DNA of 64,000 nt. Source: Zygnema circumcarinatum SAG 698-1b. Its lineage: Eukaryota > Plantae > Zygnematophyceae. A model generated the notes under the pieces. It made no database searches. It was not told the origin of the DNA and was given only the letters and a program-made list of their open reading frames with translations. Both the position numbers and the translations under genes were made by a program. Positions 37,601 through 47,614 of this stretch are shown here, one piece after another. The stretch lies in contig CM074806.1 in assembly GCA_037447605.1 (NCBI GenBank), positions 806,001-870,000 of the forward strand, read 5' to 3'. Numbering within the stretch: the first letter of the stretch is position 1; every line of letters begins with the position of its first letter.

Positions 37601-40600
37601 CAGCCGGAATGGTTTAAGTCATAGTGAAGCAAGCAAGCAAGGAAATGGGCCACATGAAGCAGGTGCAGCGTATTTAGAACGGCGGGAATTGTCGCATAAG
37701 GATGGGAAGGTAGGGGTTGGGCTAGGAGGGGAGAAAGGGAAGACGGGAAGTGAAGAGAGTGGAAGGAAGGACGAGCAGCTACTGCGGGAGGGGCGAACTG
37801 CGGTTGAGCTTTCTAACGCGGAGGGAATTTCACAGGAGAGAGGGAATACGGGTCGGGAAATAGGGAGGAAAGAGGACGTCATGCCTGTTCTGGAACAATG
37901 TGAGGAGAGGTCAGGACGAGTTCATGGAAAAGCACGTAGTGGTGATGAGGAGTGGAAGAACGAGTGGGTTAATCGGGAAGAACAGCAAAGACAGGAGATG
38001 GATATCGAGATAGAAACTGTCTCTGAAAGGAAAGCGGACATAGGAGGTTTGAAGGTTTTGGAGCTCGTTGGTCAGGCCGTTAAGTTTGAGCTGCTGAGGC
38101 GGCTTGGAGAAGTATTCTTTAAAGCATTTGGGTTGAACGTTGAAGAAAAGGCTGGGACAGTAATGAGAGCAATGAAGGCTACCATTTTTGCATCTAGAGA
38201 TTCAGAAGAGAGCAGGAGGGAGGAACCTGGACTGATGCAATTATTGGGAAAGCCGTTAGGGAGTGTGAAAGTTGTAGGAGAACTACAACATGTACATGTA
38301 GGATTACTTTTTGGATTGGCGATGGTTCTTGTAGGGATAGTGGTTGTAGCATTAAAGAAAATTTTACAGGACCAAGAGAAGGAAAAACTGGGCGGGGAAT
38401 TTGTTCCGGAGAGGAACGATAGGAACGAGGGAATGAGAGGAATCAAGGAGACGGAGAATGGAGGCGGAGAAACAGTCGCAGTAAGTATAAGAGGTGAGAA
38501 TAGAGTGGGCGGGAATTGGCACCATGGCCAGGAGGGAGAGGATGCGAAAGCAGCGGTGGAAGTGGAAGGTGGAGGACCCGAAATGGTGGGAGTGATGGCA
38601 GCAGCAGTTGGAGCATCTGCTGCTTTTGGCGGAAATGCTGGTAACCTGCTGGGAGAGAAAGCGATGGGGACGGAGGATAGGGAGGGCACAAATAACCAGA
38701 GAGGTGAACATGAGGGAGATGACATAGGAAGAACTGGAAGTGGCGAAAATGAAGGCCCTTTTGATGCTCTCGCTGAGAAGGCCATGTCTGTTGCATCACC
38801 CGTAATCCCGAGAGGACAGGACGGAGCAATCGACCAAGAAAGGTGAGAAAGTGGGAGCACAAAAATCAAGATCCTATTATGACTTCGTGACTATGTCTGT
38901 GAAAGGATATTCCCTTTGTTTCTACTCTGTTTCTGGCATTTCCCAAATGCCTGAAAAAACTTGCAATTCCTAAAAGTACTGAAATCTAGAGAGGTTCTGA
39001 ACCCTGACTAACGATGTGGAGAGCAATTTATATCTGGTGGCTGTTTTTTGCCAGGCTTGTGGCCATGCTGGCTGAATTTGGACAGAGAGGCGGAATGCTG
39101 CGATTGGTCGGAAAGGGAGCGCTGCTGTGGGGGGGGCTTCGAGGAGCAACCGCCCTCGTTGAACGGCTCATTGGGTTCCTTCGAATCCGACAGCGACCTC
39201 TCGCACACAGGTGGGAGAAAAGTGACCCACTAAACTGCAATAACTTCAAAGACACCCAAATATGCAAATAACGAGAAAGACGACTCTATAAAGCAATTGA
39301 TGTTTACATTTATGAATTGGGGGAGAAGAGTTGGTGGGCGGCTTGTCTTCAGACTTGTGGCCTTTCTAGCCATGGCGGTGCTGTTGTGGACCCCGGTTCT
39401 TGTTCCACTCCTCCCTTCTCTTCTCCAGCAGTGGGCGACCTCATCTCCCGCACCTGTGACGAACGCTGCTCTTGCTGTGGGTCTCTATGGCGCCTTTTTC
39501 CTCCTTGTGCGAATATGGGGGGAGAAGGTTCGCGAGTACGAGAGGCCTTTAGCAACCTATGGGTTGCGTCTGCTCTCACGAGAGAGGGTAAGGCTCACAG
39601 CTGCTCCTGACCGCTCGCCTCCTTCCTGTCTAATACGTGTTCTTTTCTCGTCTCCATCTTTCTCCTCTCTCCGCGTTCTCCGGTTTTCTCCTCCATTGCT
39701 TTGTCGTCATATGCACATATTTTGACTCTGTTTTTTCACAGCGGGTTGGAAGAGAGGAGCTGGGTAGGGGGATGACAAGGGGGGACCGAAGGAGGGAGAG
39801 GAAACGGTGTCTTTGTTGGTACAGCTATGACTCGACCAAGCAAGTGAATTTCGTTTCGTCTGTTGGATGTGGGCGCAGATTTCTTCGCTTTTTGTTGGCC
39901 TCGGAGGAGGCATCGCTCTTGTAGGCCTGCTGAGTACGGCTCAGTTGGCTCTTGGCTACGTGATACTTCTGAGGCCAATCAATGACGTCCACGTGGCAAG
40001 CGGCTTGGCAGTACTCGGTGCTCGAGTCGTGGCGGTTCTGAAGCTCAGCCGACTTATTGTGGAGGCCTTAGCGATGGGGCTGGCAGTGGCGGTAGTGGAG
40101 GAGGTGCTCTTCCGCGCGTGGCTGCAGGAGGAGGTGGCAGCGGACTTAGGGTATCACGGGGCCGCCATTATTGGAGCAGTTGTTTTCGCAGTGGTCCATA
40201 AGTAAGCCCCCAGTTCACAAGCTTGCTCTGAAACTGCATGCACTCTTCCTCTCCTCTCCCTCATCCTCTCCCCTCCACCTCACAATTCCCCCTCTCTCTC
40301 CCATCCACCTCCCACTTCCCCTCTTTCTCTCCTCCCCCTCCCCCCCCCTTCTCGCAAAACGAAAGAAGGGAGAGAGAGAAATAAGAACCACGAAAGGCAT
40401 AGTGGCTCCCTCTCCCTCTGCTTGCTTAATGTATTGTGTAGAGGTCCCTTTGTGCAGGTGCCCGCAAGCCCTGTTGGGATTGGCCCTCCTCTCCTTGATC
40501 CTCACAGGATTGCGTGAGAAGGCAGGCGGCAATTTGGCTTCGCCCATTGGCCTTCACGCGGGACTCATTGCTGCAAACTTTGTTCGCGATGCCGGCGGCT

Positions 40601-40788
40601 TCATGGCCTATGTGGAGGGCCATCCCACATGGATGACGGGCGCCAACGTGCAGCATCCTCTCGGGGGGGTCATGGGCGTGGCCATGCTGTTGCCACTGGT
40701 CATCATGGTCTATCCATGGGCACGGCCTGCCTTTGATGTCCCGAGATCGCCCATGGAAGGAGATGTGAGAGGAGTGGCCCAGCACTAG
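31668..40788 (+). CDS. Large, probably plastid-targeted alpha/beta-hydrolase (ABHD1/3-like) + long acidic spacer + CAAX protease (Abi/CPBP) protein, multi-exon
   Basis: DGGVVAMDW, GTPEGS, LNPRGCGGSPLTSPR|LFS, AVGWGEGG, KSVREFD, KVQIPLLCIQ, WLAAVEVALLKG, A.AT AESVLNMLDIT.PG, AMEALTGLDDSTQMAVTNV.GV, LAEKAMSVASPV, LAEFGQRGGMLRLVGK.ALLWGGLRGA, EEVLFR..L, PIGLHAG. The architecture recalls Arabidopsis At2g03140. Start ATG 31668 is inferred. Confidence 0.9.
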
Positions 40789-41039
40789 CAACATAGAGAG
40801 GGGCCTGTATTTGACAGAGGGGAAAAATGGGTCATTGTCCATGGTGGCTGTTCTGCAGGAGGTCTGGAGATTGTGCTTTGGTGGGTCGGAGCCCCGGAGG
40901 GTGGGGAAGCTCCTTTCTTCAGATGGTTATTGGTGGTTTGTTTTGTTTGCTCTGTGAATAGTTGGGGCTTAGGAAGTAGGCCAAGGGGATGGGCGTCTGA
41001 GTTTAGGGAGGGATTCTTTTGTGTATACTTAAAAACGAA

Positions 41040-41480
41040 ATGAGAAATGAGAAATGAGAAAGGAATTCCTAAATTTTTTTCTCAAATTTTTTTTGGAGAA
41101 CCAATCAAACATTGCACAATTAATTATCGTTCGTGTTCAATTTGAGTTTTCCTTGGGTCCACCGATGAACGATGATATTTTGGCGGATCACAAAGCGCGT
41201 GGACTCTGTAGTCTGTACAGAAATTTTTGATCGGCTTGCGTGAAAAGTCGTACGGCAAAAGTGGACCCTGGGATGAAACGAATCCCTCGAATCGCACGGA
41301 ACCACGAAGGCAAAAAGTGGAATCCACACGTGCGACTGAACACATTGAGTCTTTGAACATTTTTCTTAAACCTTTTCGCTTTCTTAAATCGGAAAGGTTT
41401 CGACCTTGAGCGTTCAAAGTTCAATCCTAACACTGAGAATTGAGAAACTAAGTAAACTCGCTTAACAGTTTCTCAACCTG
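41040..41480 (-). mobile_element. ~440-bp MITE-like repeat, left copy (inverted relative to 46469-46907)
   Basis: Collinear with the reverse complement of 46469-46907 (about 10 mismatches in an 86-nt block I aligned). TGAGAAA motifs at the ends and a ...tttctcaaCCTG terminus. Confidence 0.85.
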
Positions 41481-41764
41481 GTACCAACTGTTTGGATGTA
41501 AATGTACAAGCCTCCCTGCTTCTCCCTCTGTTGCTATTTTTCTTTTCTTCTCTTTCCTTGCCTAGTCACCATTCCCGCGCTTGCAAGCCCGCCATCCCTC
41601 CCTCCATGGCCGCCTCTTGCTGCTCCTCTTGCAAGGGCCGTTTTAGGGTTTTTAGGGTTTTTAGGTGGTTCCATGTGCACCACCTTCCCTTCAAGCCATG
41701 GCCGTCCCTTGCCAATTCGACAACCGTCCGACTGTAACTACCCCTGCTCGGCATGTTCACACCG

Positions 41765-42120
41765 AGAGGCAGCTGCGGCTTTAAGTTCCCTAAAAAATTC
41801 CAAACAAGGTTTACGAAAGATCTACCTTGGAAATAATAAATTAAAAGACAAAGGAATTACAACGATGTGCCTAACAATACTCTTCACATGTATTATCTTG
41901 TGCCTCAAAGATGTTTTAAAGGAGCGCTTTTGCACTTTTGTTACACTCTTCTTTTGAAAAAAGGTGTAACAAAAATACAGATGCATTCTTTTAAAGCACT
42001 TTTAAGGGACAAGACAATACTTATGAAGAGAACCGATACTTAGGCAACTCCTTTGTCCTTTAATTCATTATCTCCAAGGTCGATCTTTCGCAAACCTTGT
42101 TTAGATTTCCTGGAGCCTCT
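41765..42120. mobile_element. Palindromic (foldback) MITE-like element, ~350 bp
   Basis: Left arm aaacaaggtttacgaaagatctaccttggaaataataaattaaaagacaaagga pairs with right arm (rc aaacaaggtttgcgaaagatcgaccttggagataatgaattaaaggacaaagga). Pairing continues to the centre ttttgttacac...gtgtaacaaaa at ~41936-41975. Confidence 0.85.
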
Positions 42121-43033
42121 GCTTCCTTCCGTCCTTTGCTGCCTCCGCCTCTCCACCACCAGGCTAACACATTCTTACCGTACAAAAAAGTGGTTTCGGC
42201 AAAATCAGGGCGAATTTCTTGGGAACGCACTTAAGAGGGTGGAAAATATGAGGACCCCCTACTGTACTGTATTCCTTACCGTACAACCGTTTCGGCGTAC
42301 GGCGACGAGACTCGGTCGGGTACCGTACAATACAGTAACCGGAATCGGCTCCGTCTGTCCCGTCCGTCGGCGTGTGTCCCTCTGCTGCCGGCGGGGGCGG
42401 GGGCGGAACCTGGGAAGGTCTTAATAGACTATGGAAGGAACCGCGGCGATGTTTTGGGAGATCGAATCTATAAGACTACTTTGGTTTTCAAAACTTGAAA
42501 AAATTGCCAAGCGTTCGATTGGTTGAGGAAATATTTGAGCATCCTGAAAAGGATACCTTCAAGAACATTAGTAAGTTTTGGATAAATCGCAAAAAGATCG
42601 CATTGGTAAAGCGTGGACCCAAGAAAGGCCAAGCTGAACACGACTATTGAACGATTGTTCAAGGTTGAACTTCGTTTTTGTGTACATGTTTCGTCCTTGA
42701 AAGAAAAAAAAGGAGTCATTTTCTCAACTAAAGCGAGTTCAAATCGGTAGTGGGAATCTAGTTTTTTTTTGGATTTTTGGGTTTTCGAACACCCAAGATA
42801 ATTAATCGTTCGTTTTATCAACCACTTGAGTTTTATCGAAGAGGCGTACTGCTGTAACTGCGTGCGATTCATATTCATGTCTACATTATTGCGCACTTCG
42901 AAAAACTCAGAAATGCCAATTTCACAACACTTGCCACTACCCGTCTCACTCTTCTATTCGAGCTCAAACCTTCACCTCAAGGAAAACAAGCCCCTCTCTC
43001 TACCATACACAGCTCCCCAGCCACCCTCAACGT

Positions 43034-43035
43034 TC

Positions 43036-43077
<42 letters not shown>

Positions 43078-43100
43078 TCGCTCCCCTTCTCTCTCTCTCT
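43034..43100. repeat. (CT)n microsatellite downstream of the COPI-associated gene stop
   Basis: Direct reading. Confidence 0.9.
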
Positions 43101-43164
43101 TCAGCGTATATCCCTTAGATTAGACTCCTACCAAATTGACAAGAATATGCACCTCACTCCAACC

Positions 43165-44700
43165 CTAAGCAGCTCTTTCCAGAAACCCCTGCAGCTCTCG
43201 CCTCTTGCGCTCCAGTTCCTGCCAAGGGCTTGGCAGCAAGTCCATCGCCAACTCAGAATCTCGGCTTGGTCGTCGGCTTAGAATTAGAAAGCCGTCCTTG
43301 AAGCAGTAGACAATCACATATCCTGCTCCGATATGTTTCATTTCTGAAAAAAGGGAAAGGGAATTTTTTCGCATGCAGAAAGTTTGGAGGCCCTACCTCG
43401 AGCTCCTTCACGGCTTGTTCTCTTCGTTGGAGTTTCTGCATCCTTCTCCTTTTCAAGTTCCCCATGCATAGCAACCCCTTGACAACAAAGACGTGGAAAG
43501 AAAAGAGGAACAGTCAGACAACACTTGTACGGACAGAACAGAACAGAGCAGACATAGCTACCAGGTAGAGAGGTAGGCAGCTTTTTAAACGCAAAAAAAC
43601 ACTAAACACTTGACACTAAACTCTTGACTACCAAATTCCCAGCCCCGTTTCTGCAACTCGGGCTCACACGAGGAAGACCTGACAGTCTCAGTTTAATGGA
43701 GACGATTGGGAAGGGGAAAAGACTCTACCGCAATGCTGTAGAACGCTCCACATCCAAGCAGTACCCAGCTCGCCACCGTATGAAAAATGATTTCAAAGGC
43801 CGACCCACCACTCGAGTTCACCATCGCTTCAGTCAGTACTGCCACACTGACATAGAGAAGCCCTTTATCCAGCCATAGTCAAAGGCTGACTGACGCTTTC
43901 CAGGTTTCCAGGCAACCCTGGTGGTGGTAAAGCAGAGCAGACGTAAGCACTGACGAGAGCAGGTGGACTCACAAGCATTGCAGCATCCCTCGTCCAAGCC
44001 ACGACTCCAGCACCTGCAGTTGAGAGAGATTGGTATAAATCACGAGTAACTTCTCCATGACGCTCACAGGTTCGATAGATGAAAACTTTAAAAGCCTCTG
44101 TGACGACCGGGAAGCAGGGCAAGATGCAAAAACGAAGAAAAGAAACTGACTGAAAAAATTTATGCCTTTCGGCGGCCATCTAATTGAAGAAACGCATTTC
44201 AAGGATTGTGACTCACCCCCCATATCTTGAATACCCACTCCCACTCCGTTTCCGCAATTGCAACAAACGCAGCAATTACCACACCGTAGCATCGCACAAC
44301 ACCCACAAAGACCTGCACAAAGAGGAATGGCAGACAGATCGCAATGAAAGCTGGTGGCTGGGAGAGAAAGAAGTGCGAGAGTTACTTTTCAATAGCACTC
44401 AGCACACTCTTTCAAACTATGAATGATTCGCGGGCGTGTAATGCAGTCTCACTGAGTTCGGGTATGAACACTCACATTCTGACCACTGCTGAAAGACCGG
44501 GTGACAGAAATTATGTTCACCACAGCACAGAGCAATGCGCTTGTGGCAGTAATTAGACCAAGGATGGCGCAGAAAACCAAGAATCCATCAGTTGTCAAAA
44601 GATGCGATGGAACATTTTTCTCCCTTGCAGCTTCCCCAGTTTGTAATGGCTGCTGCTCTTCAATATCTCCATCGCCCTCACTCCTGCACACTTGTTCCAT
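43165..44700 (-). CDS. COPI-associated / Golgi membrane protein TVP15-type, about 6 coding exons
   Basis: DGFLVFC...TATSALLCAVVN|VFVGVVRCYGVVIAAFVAIAETEWEWVFKIW|VLESWLGRGMLQCF|VAVLT..VASWVLLGCGAFY|GLLCMG.LKR.R..K..RREQAVKELE|ELERKRRELQ..*. This matches the plant COPI_assoc pattern of about four TM helices plus a C-terminal coiled coil. Confidence 0.87.
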
Positions 44701-45860
44701 CAGTCCATCATCACAAGAAAGGCAGTCGCAGCTTTGAACTGGTACGCTTTTTCTGATTCTTACCTGGTTTTCTTAAAAAATGGTGATGTGGCATAGAGGT
44801 CACTGGACTAGCCAAACTTAAAGTTGTTTTGTAGTGCAGGTAATACCACTGAATACAGCAACCGCATGGAACAATCCAAAGCTTTGCCGTGGCTGATGGG
44901 TTCAAACTTCACATAGAGAAATGCAGCATATAATAGATAACTAAGTCAACCTAACGCCAAGTGGCAATTTAAAATGGCACAGTCAACCAGCAGTTAATCT
45001 CTGGTCAAATCGCATTCCCTTTCACTCCATCCTCTTGGCCTTTTTTCTACCTTTCACTCATGACAAGGGCCTGGTTCGCAAAGCAGAGGTCTTGAAAACA
45101 AGTTCTTCCCAAAAGGACCAGTTTTGGCATTAAAAATAACTCTGTGAAAATTCCACACTTTTTAACTCTCCTTTTCTTGCTTTCGTCACAGAATAGTGGA
45201 GCCCTACAACCTATTAACACCATTTTAAGCATTTCTTCCCAACATGCTTCCAGGAACAAGGTTCTCTCTCGGAAATTCCTTCATTACCATGTCTGGTACT
45301 TCCTAGTTAAACTCAAATTTCCTCTAAACTCAAATTTCCTCTACGGTCTCCTGTTATTTAGCACTTCTCTTGCCCGCTACCCGTCTCTTAATCCATTTTA
45401 AAATTTCTCTAACGTTAAAGAACACTCATATCAGAAATTCTGTATCCAACATTTCCAGTTAAAAGCACTGCTCAAACTGCCATGGTTTCACTCGCAGAAG
45501 AGAGCCATAACCGCGCGTTCAAGCTGAAAAAGGAGAGCGAATGCCCTGAGAGCACACCTGGTATCCTGCTTGCCTGCCTGCTTGATAGCCATGGATGGCT
45601 CCCCCGCCCTCAGCCTCCTGCAAGAGGTAGCCCTTAGTCGCCCTCTGGCGGCTCCCGCGCGGTGCGAGGGAGGACCACCCTCGTGGTTTGGCGCATTCTC
45701 TCATGTTCAGTCTCATGACCCCATGCAGCTCCGCCACTTTGCAATGTCAATGTCAATGTTGTCATCAAGCATGAGAAGTTGGAGGCGTGGTCTCTGTTCT
45801 TTGAAGCCGTAACAAAAGTGTCCTTGTGTGTTTGGGAGCAGAGTTCCGCTCATACCGGTA

Positions 45861-45958
45861 GCTCATTTCCTTCGTCCTCAGGTCCTTTGTAAGGTTGGTT
45901 CCTCGTGGATCCCCGTGTTGTTGTTGTTGCTGCTGTCCATGCCCATCGGATGGCATCG
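45861..45958 (+). repeat. Dispersed repeat, divergent copy D with (TTG)n expansion
   Basis: gtcctcaggtcctttg...gttcctcgtggatccccgtgttgttgttgttgctgctgtccatg...gatggcatcgc. Confidence 0.7.
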
Positions 45959-46068
45959 CGAGTCCAGTGCAAAATGTCCATCACTCCATGTCCCTTAGAA
46001 AGCCCCTTCATTCATGACCTTCGCGGCTGCTTCTAGGGCTGCGTTGTTGAGCCTAGGCGTAGCTTTCC

Positions 46069-46183
46069 GCTCCTAGCTATTTTCTTTTGTCCGTAGGTCC
46101 TTTGTGCCCAGTTCCTCGTGGTTCCCCATGATGATTTTGTCCATGTACATTGGATGGCATTATCGCCATCGTGAGATCAATGG
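46069..46183 (+). repeat. Dispersed ~110-bp repeat, copy C
   Basis: gctcctagctatttt...ggtcctttg...cagttcctcgtggttccccatgatgattttgtccatgtacat...cgccatcgtgagatcaatg. Confidence 0.9.
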
Positions 46184-46468
46184 CACTGCCCGTCCCATTC
46201 ATTCATTCCTTCATGCCACGCATGCTTAAGCACAAGCTCCGCCTCGAGGACGAGTGAAACAACACATTGCGTTGTAGCAGCGCGCGGCTCTCTATGCCCC
46301 CGTTCCGTCGCACGGAACGCAACATTGCGTCACGGAACGTGACTCCGTCCCAAAACTTGGCCGCACGTGTCGTGGTCCGCGGCCTGCTTGCCTGCCCACC
46401 CTTTTGGGTGTCGCCCACGCGTTGGCCCTCGGGGGAGACCTCAAATCCAACGTGCCCGTACGACCGAA

Positions 46469-46907
46469 CAGGGTGAAAATTTGAGAAACGAGTTTACTGA
46501 AGTTTTCAATTCTCAGTGTTATTGAATTGGGTTGAACTCTGAACACTCGAGATCGAAACTTTTTCGACTTAAGAAAGCGAAAGGGCCTAGGGAAAAAGTT
46601 TCAAAGACTCAATATGTTCGGTCGCAAGTGTGGACTTCACTTTTTGCCTTGTTGGTTCCGTGCGATTCGAGGGATTCGGTTCACCGGGTCCATTTTTGCC
46701 GTACGACTCTTCCCGCGAGCCGATCAATCATTTCCTGTATGGACCACTGGGTCCACGCGCTTGGCGATCCGCTAAAATCTCATTGCTGATCGGTGGACCC
46801 GAGGAAAACTCAAATTGAACACGAACGATAATTTATTGTTCAATAGTTCAATAGGTTCTCCAAAAAAATTGAAAAGAAAAATTAGGAATTCATTTCTCAT
46901 TTCTCAA
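46469..46907 (+). mobile_element. ~440-bp MITE-like repeat, right copy
   Basis: Starts CAGGGTGAAAATTTGAGAAA and ends TTTCTCATTTCTCAAAATTACAC (degenerate self-TIR). Inverted homolog of 41040-41480. Confidence 0.85.
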
Positions 46908-47614
46908 AATTACACAAATATAGGGTTTTTTCTGACAAACTGGTTTTGAAAGTTTTTTCTTCTGAGAAGCCAAAATCTTAAAAAAAAAAATTCCCTACCT
47001 GTTCGGTTTACGGGTAGGGGGAGGGAGGAAAGGAAGCGGGAACGGGGAAATGCGCGCCCGGGTTTGGTTTGAATCATCGAATTCAAAGGGAGGGAGGGAG
47101 GGAGAAAGGGAGGGAGCATGGCATCGCGGGACGGCAGGAGAGGCAGTGGCGGGAACTGCGCGTATCTTCTCGCCTTGCTTCTGTTTGGAAGGCTGAGAGC
47201 AGGGGGGTCTACTTGTGCATGCACACGGCGCTATGAACGACAGTCGGCATTCTGCGATGGCTAGCGGTTAGATCTCTTTATTTGTTATTTTTTTGCGGAT
47301 TTCAGGGTTCGCAGGAGTGAGTGCTCTTTTTAGGGATTCATGCTGCTGCATAACTGTTTAAGTCGGAGCTAGAGGAAGGGGATGCCTTTATTTTGAACGA
47401 TAAGCAGTGCAAAGAAGATGTCAAGATTCAGTCCCATGTCAATTTCGTTTAGAGGACCCTACTTTGGTCGTCGGTGCCAGCATTTGTGTTTTTCTTTTTA
47501 GTCATTCATCTTTGCTTGATGGAAACTGTGATCAGCATATCCGGAGCCAACTTATAATGATATTTGTTCTGATGCCTTTCTGGCTTTATTGCTCGTCACG
47601 CAGGTGCTCCTGCC

